Assembly (NCBI RefSeq): GCF_902459465.1
Contig: NC_047066.1
Coordinates: forward strand, 6,633,047 to 6,697,046
DNA from: Asterias rubens
Lineage: Eukaryota
Direction: 5' to 3'
Length of the DNA: 64,000 nt
The notes beneath the pieces were generated by a model, which was given only the letters and a program-made list of their open reading frames with translations, was not told the DNA's origin and did not search any database. Positions 1 to 25,743 of the stretch are shown in pieces (within the stretch, counting starts at the first letter, position 1; every line of letters starts with the position of its first letter). The position numbers and the translations under genes were made by a program.

Positions 1-2810
1 ACTTCTTGTGCACTATTCTCATCATTATCGATGTATTCTTCAACCTCTATGTGTTCAATGCTGCAGTCACTACCACTAACATTTTCAACAACACCTTGAC
101 TCTCTTTGTGATCAACATAGTCAGCACCCTCGCTCCAACCATCCAGGATACGTCTGTATTGTTTTCTATTTATCTGCCGAGTGCCCACAAGCATTTCACC
201 ATCGTCAACTTTCCGATCCCCCATCCCGTAATCACTGTCAGAATCTTCAGTCATGTTGATAAATCTTTGTGCAGCTGCCCTAGCTCTGCCTACATCCGAA
301 TCGCTGTCTCCGCTACTCGAGAACAACTCCTGTGGTACTCTCTTTCCGATGGGACGTCTGCCACAATGCCTAGAGAACTTCATAAAATTCAAGGGAATCA
401 CTTTCGGTAAGATTTCACCAGGTGCCGCCGGAGGTTTCATCAGCTGAAGGACAGGAGAGAGACAGTGGGACTTGGGTATGGCGAGTTCTTCGGAGGAGGA
501 CTTACTCCAAGAGTCTGTCTGCTTTGTGGAATCGGACGACCCTGCAGACTTGATTCTTCTTCGATGACTTTGTCTTCGCAGAAGAGGGGTGGGCTTTTGG
601 GGGGACCGGCTCTGAGTAGATACATTCATTATGGACTCAATGAAGCTTTTGAGAGTATCTGAATATTCTGTTTCTTTTCTTGGTGACTGAAAGGGCTTTG
701 AGGTACTTGGTTTCACCAATTGAGTGACAGTAGAGAGACATTGGGACTTGAGTGTAGCAGCTTCTTCAGAGTCCATCTGCCCCAGTGAATCTGAAGACTC
801 TGAAGACTCGATTCTTCTTCGATGACTTTGTCTTCGCAGAAGAGGGGTGGGCTTTGGAGGAGACTTGCTACGATTAGCCTGTACAAGCTTTAAAGACTCA
901 AAGAACCGTTTGAGAACATCCGTTTCTTTCCCTGGTAGCTGGGAGGGCTTTGAAAAGTTCTTGCTATCACTACATACATCCAGTAAAGAATCCATGCAGT
1001 TTTTGATTACTGTTACTAGTTCAACTTTTTGGTCCGAGGGAGTTGTTAATGTTGAGCATCCTTTAGGAGGAATTTGGCTCGCAAAGGATGGTGTTTCATG
1101 CACAGTCTGAGTTTGGGTTTCACGAAAGTCTGTTTGACACGACTGGCTGTTTAATGAAGAGTGGGTTGATGCCCTTGCGTGTTCTGACTCAAGCTTGTCT
1201 GGTTTTAACACAACTGGTGAAACCTGGACACCAATTCTGACATTTCCCGATGTCTGGATTTCCAATGATGGTGGGCATTTGCATTCTGAGCAAGAACACA
1301 ATGCACATGTTGGCCCTGCTTCAGCTCCCTGCTGTTTTGGTGTTTCAAAGTCACTGCCATTTTCTACAGGGGCCTTGTTGATGGCAACTTCTTGTTCTGT
1401 TTGCACGTGAGGAACCTTTGATTGCGTTTGGCAGTGTTTTTCAACAAAAGTTTCATTTGGATTTGATAGTGGTGCAGACAGTTTGATGTCTTGGGACTTC
1501 ACTGTATGTAAATCCTCTTTGGGACTCATTTTTCCTTGAGTGACATCAAGCTCCCCAATACTTTCTCTGTATTTACGTTTCAGACTGATGCGTCGCCGTC
1601 TCTTTTGCTCATGACAAGCAATCTTTGCTTTCGCCAGTCTTGCAGAAAGGCTAGATCTTTTTGAAGTTGAAAGCTCTTCAAGTAGATCTGAAAGAGTAAT
1701 ACTTAAACATGGATCAGATGTCGAGGATATTTGGGGTGTTTGTTGTTGATAAAGCGCTCCAACTCCTTCAACTCCTGGCTGATTTTTAGACTGAACCATG
1801 ATTTCTGCTTCTTCCAAAGATGTACCAGATGCCGGGATGTTTTGCTTACACTTTTCTGTCTGGACCCTCGGGGTGCTGACTCGATGTAACCACGACGACT
1901 TAGGTGTTTCGAACCTATTCAAGTTGGTGCTAGTTCTTTGTGGTTCTGCGAGATGCTCAGTTGACAATACGACCATTGGTGCTGCAGTTTTCCCAGATTT
2001 ACTTCTTCCTTTGGTTTTCTTAGAATGAGAAATTGTGGAGTGTCCAGAACTTTCAAGACCTTTCTTTATGCGTTTTTTTTTCTTCAGTCTCTTGGCCTCG
2101 GTTGGTGCCAATTCTGTCATGACTCGTTTCAGCCCTTTTGCGAGAGGATTATCAGGTACTTTGAGTGGATGGAGAGTTGAACTTTCAAATACCTGCTCTT
2201 GATCAGTTTGTTTTGAATTGCGGATAGATTTGACAGAAGCAAAGGAATCCCCTTCAATGATCTCTATGATTTCAGCTGTGTCTTCCTGAGAACTCACAAG
2301 ACTCGGCGTTCCCTTTTGAATCAGGCCGCTTTTTCTTCTGTGCCTCCCTCTCCTCTTGATACTCAAGGAATTATCTGCCACAATAACATCTTTGGACACA
2401 CTCTTTACGGTTTGATTGCCATCCCCTGATTGAACTGGCTCATCTATCCCATCAATAAGGCGTTGTCTCTTCAATCTTTTCCTGGGGCTTGGAGTTGCCT
2501 GATCTGAGTTTGAGTTTTGACAGTCCCTCAGTGGCGATATACTATGAATCCTCATCAGTCCGTCATCAGCAACGTCTTGCCAAAAGTCTGCGCTCAAATT
2601 CGAAAAGACAGGTTGGCTTTCCCTTGCTGGCTTTGTTGGGGTTTTTAAAACAGTTTGCATTGTTGGAGTGTTTTTTGCGTTGCAAGGCATTTTTTGTAAT
2701 AATGCAGAGTCGAAATGGTCAAAATCCAAACTGTTCAAACAAAGTGGTTTCTCCACGCAGCACAATATCCCATTCTGTATGATGGTTGACACGGGCTGGC
2801 TGGCACAAGC
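1..2810 (-). CDS. Partial giant exon of an unidentified gene, at least 936 codons. It encodes a Ser/Lys/Arg/Glu-rich low-complexity protein with a KRLKKKKRIKK NLS-like motif and an internal repeat SPPKPTPLLRRQSHRRRI[E/K]S. The ORF continues past position 1.
   Basis: I translated the minus strand by hand in consecutive 60-nt blocks. The frame is open from the in-frame stop at about 2811-2813 (just upstream of a candidate acceptor tttag|GCT at 2810) down to position 1. The ORF track omits it, presumably because it has no in-window stop. All plus-strand ORFs here are short and scattered across frames. Confidence 0.55.
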
Positions 2811-3117
2811 CTAAACTGAAGCTCAAAGATGTTGATTCAATTCTGCACCTGATGAAAGATAAAACAAATCACACCAATTTAAAACAAAGGCAACACTTTT
2901 TTAAAATCTCAACTGATCAAGTGTTCAGCAATCAGTCTAGTCAAACAGAATGAATCAAGGGCTCATGGGTTGGAGAGGTTATGTGTAACACACTTGTAAG
3001 CCAAATGCTAGTAAAAACACGGATCGAAATCAAAATTCTCTCATGTTGTCTAGTCTCGGATAAAGACCCTCCTGTTATTGATACCCAACCATGGCCCAAG
3101 AGGGCGCTCTTACCTTA

Positions 3118-3300
3118 GTCTGCAATTACAAGGTCTGGGGCCTTTCTCAAAGCTCGGCTTGGGCTCCGGCTTAGGCTCCGCGTGCTGTGTATGCAGCTTG
3201 CATTGTAACCTGCATTTTGTTGCAGCGCGTATTGCACGGATATCAGCACGCAGAGCCTGAGCCGGAGCCCAAGCCGAGCTTTGAGAAAGGCCCCTGGTAT
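3118..3300. repeat. Inverted repeat with ~45-bp arms (ggcctttctcaaagctcggcttgggctccggct ... agccggagcccaagccgagctttgagaaaggcc) and a ~70-bp spacer
   Basis: Read directly. It explains the overlapping ORFs 3078..3260 (+) and 3115..3411 (-). Confidence 0.85.
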
Positions 3301-4055
3301 TACAGCGGTGAGGGAATCAAACAAAGGAATAGTAGCGCCCTCTATCGTCAATGATGCAGTATAAGTGTAACTTATAAGGCTCCCCTCTAACATTTTGGGC
3401 CTCATTTTCAAAACTGTGATGATTGGTTAACATTTTACTGTTGGTTGCCATCATTAACTTCAGTTTCCTCTGTACTACACAACCAAAACTTTTTCCACAT
3501 ACTTAGTATACACTCATAAGGCTTGCATTGCCTTTTAATTGAGTTACAATAAAAACCATCCTAAAATTCTCTCACGTTGTCTAGTCTTGGATAAAAACAT
3601 CCTAAAAAATGCAATTTTCTTCTTGGCGGCTATTAGGCCTATTGTTGTTTTTCTGTTGAAGCGTCAATTTTTGAAGCGTTATCTTTGGTCACCAGCGCTG
3701 TATCCCACGGGACGAGTACCATGCCAGTTACAGTGAATCGATGAACCGCCGAGCCACGGTGAAAGGGCCGTTACAAGGCAGTGCAGCAGTGCGTGTGCGC
3801 TGTCCGTTTTCGAATGCCTGCCATTCAATCATGGGGGGGCCTTTCTTGAGTTATAAGTTATAGTTTCTAGAAAAGAAGTAGATGATGCCCCATCCATAAT
3901 TCATAATCATCACACATAGAATGATCTGTACACTAGTGCTGGGCGAATAGTGAAATTTTGTTATTCGGATACCGCTGGCCAACTATCCGAAATTAACCGG
4001 ATATTCGAATAGTTTTTTCGCCGCCAGAGGACGCTATTAAACAAAATATATATAT

Positions 4056-4077
4056 ATATATATATATATTTAAATTT
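4056..4077. repeat. (AT)11 dinucleotide repeat
   Basis: Read directly. Confidence 0.95.
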
Positions 4078-4090
4078 TATTTATTTTTTT

Positions 4091-4106
4091 GCCACTAGAG
4101 GGCGCT
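4091..4106 (+). promoter_or_regulatory. CTCF-consensus-like motif CCACTAGAGGGCGCTG
   Basis: It matches CCAS(Y)AGRKGGCRSY at every position. Related cores ...GAGAGGGCGCT... occur at 36666-36681 and 40448-40463. Confidence 0.35.
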
Positions 4107-4738
4107 GTTCGTTTGTGAATGAGATCTTCTGGGCGGATTGATATTAGTTTTAGACAGTGTCACTCGGTTCATAAAAATGACCGGATCTAATTTAAAGATG
4201 GCGATTTGCTTTTTCTTTTGATCGTGGATGACTCTACGTGAAGGAAAACTTGTTGTAATCTTTGAACAAATTACGTCAGAAATGTCAATGTTTTAACTCT
4301 TCACGGAGGTGAGCATAGTTAAATACTTAATTTATGCTGTTTTATGCTGTCTTAATAGAAGTCTTTAGACGTCCTCAGCCAAACAAGAACTGTTACAAAT
4401 ACTCATTTTTGCCAAGAACAATAGCCCAATGGAATAGCCTACCATCTAACATCAGGGAGTCACCAACTATAGAAATCTTAAAGTCTTTTAAAAGCCTGTT
4501 GTAACCGTTTGTTATAAAATGCATATGGTTGGAAAGATGTTGTAAAAGTAGAATACAATGATCTACACAAATATGGGGATGCCTCGAAATTGCGTGGTTT
4601 TCTTTTTACCTCGTCCCATAACACGGTCGGCCATTTATGGGAGTCAAAATTTTGACTCCCATATAAATGGCCGACCGTGCTAGTTTGCGTGTATAAAGAA
4701 AACCGTACAGTTTTGAGTGATACTTGTGTGGATCATTA

Positions 4739-4870
4739 TATTCTACTTTGGATAACTTTCCATATGGCGCCACCACTTTTTCACTCATTTTTCAATCAGG
4801 TTAATAAGTTCCTATATTATTTTATATCGAATGAAAAAGTGGTGGCGCCATACGGAAACTTTTCCTCTAC
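4739..4870. mobile_element. Hairpin MITE family E (arms ..ttccatatGGCGCCACCACTTTTTCActcat.. / ..tgaaaaagtggtggcgccatacggaaa..)
   Basis: A perfect inverted repeat of about 35 bp was read directly. Other copies are at 37733-37868 and 45612-45725, with a half copy at 38640-38712. Confidence 0.8.
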
Positions 4871-6784
4871 TTTTAAAACATCTTTCTAACCATATGCATT
4901 TTATAACAAACGGTTTCAAACGCTTTTTATAGAACAACTCGACCGATCCAAGGCAACGTGTTCCTTTAATTAACAGCTCAACTCAGACGAAACCGAAATA
5001 GTTCTAGGAGTAATCGTTCGTAACCCTCCAGATTCATCCATGGCCATGGTCTGGATGGGACCATGAGTGACATTGACAACAATGACATCTTTCAATTACA
5101 AATTGTGTTACTTACAGCATGGGTGTTAATTTATCCAAAATACCGCGTTCTTTACCTTTTTTCTCAGGGCTCAAATGTCCATCTTTCGAGAAATAGAATA
5201 AGTTGTTGGCCTCTCAATCAAAAAGTGCATGTGCAGAGTAGACTCAAAACCATGCGCGTTATCATCCTTTTTCCCATTATGTCAAGAAAGCACGCAGCGC
5301 GCTTGTGTTTTGCAATAACAGATCGTACCCACAGCAGAACCGGGGTTGACATTTGCATTTGATCTACGCTTGTAAACCTATATCACGTGTCTGTCAGGTG
5401 GTTTGTTTTATTTCCAAATTGCGCAGGCTGTAGTTACGCGAGCAAACTACAGATGCGCGTGCTAACTCAAATTGCAACTTGTAGTGCAGAATCCAAAATA
5501 CCTGTACGGGGGGGGGGGGGGATGGGGGCGGGATCGTTTAAGGGGTAGATTAAATAACAAATGTTCACTTTTAACATTTTTATATTTTATTTTAGCAACG
5601 CTGAAAACCCCCAGCACTTCACCCAGGGCCCAATGTCATAGAGCTGCTAAGTTAAGCACAAAAATTTAGTTGATAATCCTGTTTGTATGAAGGAAGAAAT
5701 TTCATGCTAAGCAAATTTTGGTGATTAGCAGCTCTATGAAATTGGGCCCTGTGAGCGCCCTTGACATTTTTTGGCTTTAAAACCATGGAGGCCTGTAGAC
5801 GGAGGTTGGAATCACGTTTAGGCTTGCCCATCCTTGTCTATTCTCTCATTAGGTTGAAAAGATCAGCTGAGAAACACCCCGATATCCCTAACAACTACAT
5901 CTGTAGGCTACAGCTGAGCATCTGTCTTCCCCTGGAATACGACAAAGATAACTTGTCTGCGCTTCAGATCAAAATTGGCTGGACGCAGATGCGCTACTCC
6001 TTCAGTCTTTCACACTTGTGAACTAATTATACCAACAAAACAACACAACACTTCTTGAAACTCTTCATAAAATAAATATAAATTGGTTTTTATTCAAACT
6101 ACATGTTTGTAGTAATTTAGTACAATGGTATAGTTGGGTCAGTGGGCATAAATCTGTACAACAAATAATATTCACAAATTAAGGCAAACTAAAGTTCTTT
6201 TGATTCTACCACAAGGGACAAACCGAAGCTGTCTGGATTTCGAAACATGTATATCAATGCAACGTCAAAAAAAACATATGTACAGGAGAATTATTGCATA
6301 TACTTGTAAAAGAATTAATCGCATTTAGTGTTTATATAGTCTCGGAAAAAGTGTCAAAAACTTTCATTTTGTGATGAGATGAATTTATTTCACGTCACAC
6401 CAAAACTATAACTTTGTCAGACAGTTCTAGGGCAAGTGTTGGAAAGAGCTGCATGCTTGTGAACTTTAAAAAACAAAACCGGGGTGAAATAAGTCAATCA
6501 AGCAATAAATATATGCGCAGCCACAACAACAACAAATTAAAAAACCAATCCATTATAATACGCTATACCCCTTTATACATTGATTCATCACACCAGCAGA
6601 TGGTGCCCAAAAGTGTGTCAAAAGTTGACACTTAAAAACTCACAAGACAAAAGGTTTGGATGACATATCGTAATGATGAAAAAATAGCACCAAAATGCAC
6701 TGTTTATGATGTAGGCCATGTAAGGTTTGATTAGTGAATACCACATGACCAACAATATTCCGATCAAATGACAAGGATCTGGAC

Positions 6785-7018
6785 CCAATCTCATGGCTCT
6801 GCTTACCGTAAGCAAAGGATCAGCGCTTTAAAGTAAACATGTTCACAGGTTATCAAGTAATTGTTGCTTGTGCGCATGCGTACTCCACATCTCCCCTAGG
6901 CATTATTCGCTTACACAGCTAGCACAAATATGCTGCTTGCACAGTAAGCGAGAATGGTGATCGTAAGCGCAGAATTTGGCAGTATAAGGAGAGCCATGAA
7001 TTTGGGCCCTGCTTGGGT
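6785..7018. mobile_element. MITE family B copy
   Basis: The termini ctcatggctctgcttaccgtaagcaa ... gagccatgaatttgggccc match 8995-9215. Confidence 0.7.
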
Positions 7019-7721
7019 GTTGTATAAACATGTACATTTGAGTTCATGTAAAATACAAAATGGTAGATATTTGTTGGGACAAAACAAATTGATCAGGCCT
7101 AAACACAATTCAAGAAAATAAATAAACGTATGGTTTCTTACCCCAAAAAACGTTCATAATTAAGAGATAAATAAGCTTTTTACAAACACTTTGTACACAA
7201 ATTTGAATAGTTAATTATGGTTGGAAAAAATTCAACCAAAGTACTATAATTTAAAGACGTGTCTATTTGCTAACTCACTGTTCAAAGAATTTTTCTGGAA
7301 ATTATAAAGTAAACCATCAAATTCGTCTTCTTCTGTTAAAACATTATCTAAGAACTTTCATTGGAAGCCTATTTTGTTTTCAAAAATATATAAGAATATT
7401 TTATTTAAGTTTGATTTCATAACTTTCTTGTTTAGGACTGAAAGTAAATATCATACATTACTTTATATGACTGAACACTTTTTTTTTTTAATGGACGGCA
7501 ACAAAATAATAAAATTACTGAACAAAGATTTTTCATAGCAACCATCGTAATTTTTAAGATGGCCCTATCAATAGATCCCTTGGTACAATGGTACAAGGGC
7601 CCAATTCCAAGCGTACAAATTTGCCAAGCGAAGAAAAATCTTGATAAGCAGAAACTGGTTACCAACTAAATTTCATTAACTTTACATTGTTGCAACTGGT
7701 GCCCCCTCAATGTTTTGCTTA

Positions 7722-8130
7722 AAGGCAGTGGACACTATTGGTAATTACTCAAAATAATTATTATCATGAAACCTTTCTTGATTACGAGTAATGGGGAGAG
7801 GTTGATAGCATAAAACATTGTGAGAAACGGCTCCCTCTGACATTCTGAAGTGAAGTAGTTTTTGAGAAAGAAGTTATTTTCCACGAATTTGATTTCAAGA
7901 CCTCAGATTTAGAATTTGAGGTCTCGAAATCAACCATCTGAAAGCACACAACTCAGTGTGACCATGGTGCGACAAGGGTGTTTTTTCCTTTCATTAATAT
8001 CTTGCAACTTCAAAGACCAATTGAGCTCAAAATTGCACAGGTTTGTTACTTTATGCATATGTTGAGATACGCTATAAGTGAGAAGACTAGTCTTTGACAA
8101 TTACCAATAGTGTCCAGTGTCTTTAACAGC
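7722..8130. mobile_element. MITE family A copy (TIR ggcagtggacactattggtaattactc ... gacaattaccaatagtgtccagtgtc)
   Basis: The same element recurs at 20315-20705, 10957-11322 and 45223-45600, with fragments at 31625-31790, 40860-41030 and 48120-48260. Confidence 0.8.
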
Positions 8131-8994
8131 GTTATTAAAATTAGGACCAGGACCTGCTCATCCAGAGGTTGCGATACATAAAGTTGCCCGTAACCATTTG
8201 ACATAGCAACTGTCTCGATAGTATGAGGAATTAATTTTAAGTAGTGACTTGTGACTTAGCAAGTCCTTGTTCAAGACATTACCCAAATACAGTAATGGCT
8301 TAGCTTAGCTGGCTGTTTGGTGTATTCATTGAAAAATAGAGGTTTAGAATGAAATTGCCCTATTTTAAAAGACAAAGTATCTTACATTTAGTAACTACAC
8401 CTTCGATGTGCCATCTCTAAAAAATAAAAGAGCTGATTGTTTTACCAACCAAAACTTTTACCCCAAAAAATTAATTAATTATTAAGTACCTATATGAACA
8501 AGCTTCGTCAAGTATTTGTTCATAAAAGCACCAACGGTTTTAAAGCACCAATAAATTAGTTTAACAAGATGAGCTACAACATGTTATTAAGTAATGCTGA
8601 ATGAATGCTGTCTGATCTGACAAAACAATTAAAACAATCAACCAGGGAGGAGATTTGGTGTTCATGAAAATTCCACAAAAAAACTGGCCTGTGGGGCTGG
8701 ATTCCCCCTTATTCTAAACCCAGAACCTGTGTAATGTTGTAACATTCAGGAGGTTTAAAGACTCGGTACATGACCAAAAATACAAAGATACAAGTTTCTT
8801 TCTTACTTCTTGCAAGAAAAGGTTAAGGCTCAACGAGGCTTTGAGGAAATCCTTGAAATCAGGAAAAATCCTTAGAAAGATATGCCAGGATAACAGCCCT
8901 CTCTATTGAAGTGTTCGCATCATTTGGTGCTTGATTTGTGGCAAGTTGTTTTACTGTGTACTAACTTACAGAGCTTGCCATACTCGCGAAAACA

Positions 8995-9215
8995 CCAGGG
9001 CCCAATTTCATGTCTCTGCTTACCGTAAGCAAAGAATCTGCAATTATGGAAGCAGGGAATTCAATATTTCACAGGTTAGCAGGAAATTTTCACATTACTA
9101 GGCATTCGACACTTAAAGAGCTCGTGCAGAAGTTCTGCGCTTGCCCTGTAAGCAGAGAATGGTGATCGTTTAGCTCAGAATATGGCGGTAAGCAGAGCCA
9201 TGAAATTTTCCCCTG
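8995..9215. mobile_element. MITE family B copy (termini GGGCCCAATTTCATG..CTCTGCTTACCGTAAGCA ... GGTAAGCAGAGCCATGAAATT)
   Basis: The inverted termini were read directly. Related copies or fragments are at 6785-7018, 5735-5760, 7595-7640, 23575-23630, 25950-25980, 47545-47575, 53370-54060 (several) and 57545-57800. Confidence 0.75.
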
Positions 9216-9938
9216 ATGCTTGCTACTCTTTCTACAAGCAAAATTACCAGAGAAATAAGGTGTAGAGTCCCAAACATGTGTCCATGAATTAGCAAATTTG
9301 TGAATACAAAGTACTTTAGAATTCATTGCAAAACAAAGTTATTATTGTAATGAATAAACAGAAAAGCACCCTTTCAATGTCACAACATTCTCATCATCAA
9401 CTTTAACCTCACTCTGAGAGGTCAAGTCACAAATGCTAAAACAACCTTTTCCTTCATTTTCTGGTAAAACTTTGTTACGCTTATATCAGAGATTACTTTT
9501 TCGACAAAATAAAAAAATTGTATGGAACAAGAACAAGGTATGAATTTAAGTCAATGCAGTAAAAAGAAAACAAAAACAAAAAATCAGTACCATTTGCTCC
9601 ACAAGGAATTACAAAAAATACTAACGTAAAACACTAAGTACGCCGATGTATGGAAGAGGGGAGGGATGATCCTAAATGCTTCAACCGAGGTCCACAAATA
9701 AAAGCGTGGTCTCTACAAGGTTAAGATGGTCGGGCAAAATGAAGACCACGCCCGACCACGCCCCAACCACGCCCAGTATAAGAGTCAACCGCTTCTATTT
9801 CTCCAACACACCAAGATGCCTCAGTCATCTTTCAACTGTTACACAGTCACATTTTTTACACATTATAACAAAAATAAATACCTGCTCTATTTTTCAAACT
9901 TTGCAGGAAACTCTCTGAACTTTCATAGCAGACACTTT

Positions 9939-22549
<12,611 letters not shown>

Positions 22550-22700
22550 TTTGCCGGTGACCTGCCGCCGGCTCCCCGCAGCGTTGTGACCGCCTAACTT
22601 CCTTGTCTACTCTCGCTGAACTGAACGTGTCGTTCGGTCATCCAGTCAAAACAAAGATGGGTTTAAACCAATGGTATTTATCGATCGAAATACCATAGCT
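22550..22700 (-). promoter_or_regulatory. NF2: Putative NF2 5'UTR/core promoter, CG-rich
   Basis: It lies immediately upstream of the NF2 ATG. The region has locally elevated CpG (ccgccggctccccgcagcgttgtgaccgcc). No TATA box is evident. Confidence 0.35.
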
Positions 22701-24299
22701 ATAGATCACACGTGAAATTCTAAGGAATTGGAAAGTAGGCACGAAATATGAGGTGTACAAACCATCATAAAAACAATGTAAATTGTGAGTAATTCCCTAA
22801 GAATGTGCGACACATACTGAAGTTATGCATGGACAATAACGATTGTGTACACAGTTTATGCAGCTAGCGAGGCGCTAGGCGTGCGCGGTGTACGTCGTGT
22901 ACCATCTCGCCCCCATCAAAGTTACCCTACATACTCGTCCACATAGCAAAGTCGCCATTCAATAATGGCCCTTTCAAAGGCATGCCTTACAAAGTCGGCC
23001 TACCAAAGTCGCCCTTACACTTAAAACTCGCCCACTCCTGGGAGCTGCCCAGACAAAAGTGAGGGATTTGAAGACATGTTCATAATTGAGTCACCTGTTG
23101 GTCCTTGCAATTGGTCTTTCTCTTTAGTTCTAAGTATGGTAGTATTTATCATGGATGTCTATTTCTACCCCCCTCACGGTATAGAACAGTTTGACAAAAG
23201 TTATACACATCATTTCCTGACTTGGTGAAAACAGTCTTCAAAAAATTTCACCAACAAAATAAAGATTACTAACAGCAGTACTACATGCAGTCTGTGCCAA
23301 ATTAAATCTGCCGATACACAAAAGTTGCTGAACACAACAAAAATATGCTTACCAGAATTACAATGTTAAGACTGATATTGGCCCAGTTTCATAAAGCATG
23401 TAGCCCCAACATTGCTATATAAGCACAAAATAGTATTTACAGAAACAAAGCAAGTTCCCAGCCAAAATTACATTAGTTTTTGATTGTTGTGGCTGGTGCC
23501 CCACTCGATTTTTGCTTAGCACAAAAATTTCTTTATGAAATTGGACCACGGTCGTTTCTGCAAAAGCAAAAAATTGTAACGCAATATTTTCTGCTTAAGC
23601 ATCTCTATGAAATTGGGCCTTTATGCATTGATAATACACTGCAGTAATTGCATGAGTGTCGAAATGCTTGTCTGACATGTGGGCATTAGTGTGGAGTGTG
23701 ATTGAGAGTAAAATAAAAGACTGGAAAACTGAGGCATTCCTACGTAATATTATGTCAACAGGATTTCCTTTATTACTTTATCTACAAAAATCACAAAATA
23801 AAGACATCTTTTGGTTCATAATAAACATAAGCTTCACACTTCAAAAGTTTGAATTAACAATTTTATCAGAAAACATGATTTGCATAATATATAGAAATAT
23901 TTGTTTTATTTCTAAAAAATAAACAGTATATATAAACTCTCATATGATAGATAGATACAAATGCATGAATATTTTTTTCTTCAAATTATTAAAATATTCA
24001 AAGCCTCAAATGCCTGGTAATGCAGTTTTGTTTTAATCAAAAATGTTGTAATAAATGAATTCAAATTTGATTCTTAAGTAAACTTTTAAAGAACTCTGAT
24101 TCTGATTTTTATCCTCTTCTGTTTTCTGCCGACATCTGCAGTGTACAAACAGCCATAACTCTGTGAAACACTGGCCGAGTAAACATCTTATGTAATCTTA
24201 TCTTCAGAACAGTCTGTAATAGTATACTGATAGAGTTTCATAGAGACTGGATGGTTTGGAAGGAACTCATGCAAACACAGTCTTGATATATGGAAATTT

Positions 24300-24545
24300 G
24301 CAACAGAAAGAATATTAATTTTGTTTTTACCCATATACAACAATGAGGGAAACAGCACTACGCAAACTCACTGCCTCAGTACTTTCCTGAGCTTTATGAA
24401 AACAAATGTGGGGGTGGGGGGGGGGGGTCAAGCCTATGACCTTTGCAATTATAGAGCAGTGTCTTACCATGGAGTTCTTCCTTCATGGTCTTACCAACTA
24501 GACCCCCAAAGTTGCCTGGTAGATAGAGGCAGTTCGAATCCTATG
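24300..24545. mobile_element. Family C SINE copy with an internal poly-G tract
   Basis: Shares tttacccatatacaacaatg...cagtactttcctgagctttatgaaaa...tgcaattatagagcagtgtcttacca...gttcgaatcc. Confidence 0.65.
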
Positions 24546-25623
24546 TTTTTATATATACATGTTTTGGCTAAAGACCTCCATGGTGGAGATACCCTGTATG
24601 ATGCATGGACAAACTTGACAATTTGGTCTTGTAATAGATATTAAGAAATGTTCCTTAAATCAGTAAGACTCTCTATATATATACATTATAAACATAAGAA
24701 ATACAACAGATTGCAAAAGATTGAGACTTTGGGAAAAATACTAAGGGGGAAAACAAATCTCCTCAATAGCTATTATGCCCAAGTGAAAGCAAAGAGGTAC
24801 AGTTATATACTTGCTAAACATCTGAGATAGATAGAGAGTTTCTGTTCAAAGCTTTCTAGACAAAGGACAAATTTCAGTAAACTTACACCAACTTAAACTA
24901 CACATATTCCTACGATAAAACTACGGTAAAACTTTGACTGGTTTCTGTTATACACAGGCCGGTGCAGCAAATTTTACAAGAGCTATTGGCGAAGTTGTCT
25001 TTTTTTACGAAATTGTATATTGATTACTTTGTATTTTGGGTAGTGGGTACTGCACATGGCTGTTCTTCCAGAATTGCCTCAACTTCTACACATTTTTGTA
25101 TCAAAATATTACAAATTGCTTAATAATAAGATCTATCATAAGACCATAATATTGCAACCAGTAACGGCTTGTCAAATTGACTATACATGTAACTATCAGT
25201 ATTCTGAAAGATCTTTTGTAACTTGAAATAATTGCTATTTGTTATTAGCAATAACAACTATTTACTGATAAAGTCAGCAATCTCATTACGAATGCCAGAT
25301 TTCTGGTAACTCAGCTGTCATCATTTTATGTGAGTTACTGTGTATGGAGTTGTCCTACTGATGTAGGGTTGTTTACACAGTAAGTAAATGCAAGGTGCAT
25401 ATCCCCTCTCTCAACATGGCTGAGACTTAAGTTGCTAACTCGTTGGAAAGATTTCTAGTAACTGTCATCATTTTATGTGAGTTACTGTATGGAGTTTCCC
25501 TACTGATCAAGGGTTGTATACATGAGTGCATCCCCTTTTTCAGCAAGGCTTGCTGAGACTTAAGGTGCTAACCCGTGCGAAAAAATCTGGCCCCTAGGTT
25601 CAACGCTTCTCCTCGGTCGTTCT

Positions 25624-25743
25624 TTATTCCTGGGATGGAGCGATCCCACCCAGCAGACCCTGGGCAGTATTGAACAGGTTGATGGGGGAGTGGCCATCTG
25701 TGATCAGGGTAGACTTCAATCCAAGTCCCTGCAGGAGTTTCAC
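25624..25743 (-). CDS. MVP: MVP terminal exon ([39 protein letters not shown])
   Basis: Acceptor is ccgtag. The stop TAA ends the CDS at 25624. An AATAAA overlaps the stop. Confidence 0.85.
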   Translation of the reverse strand: MKLLQGLGLKSTLITDGHSPINLFNTAQGLLGGIAPSQE

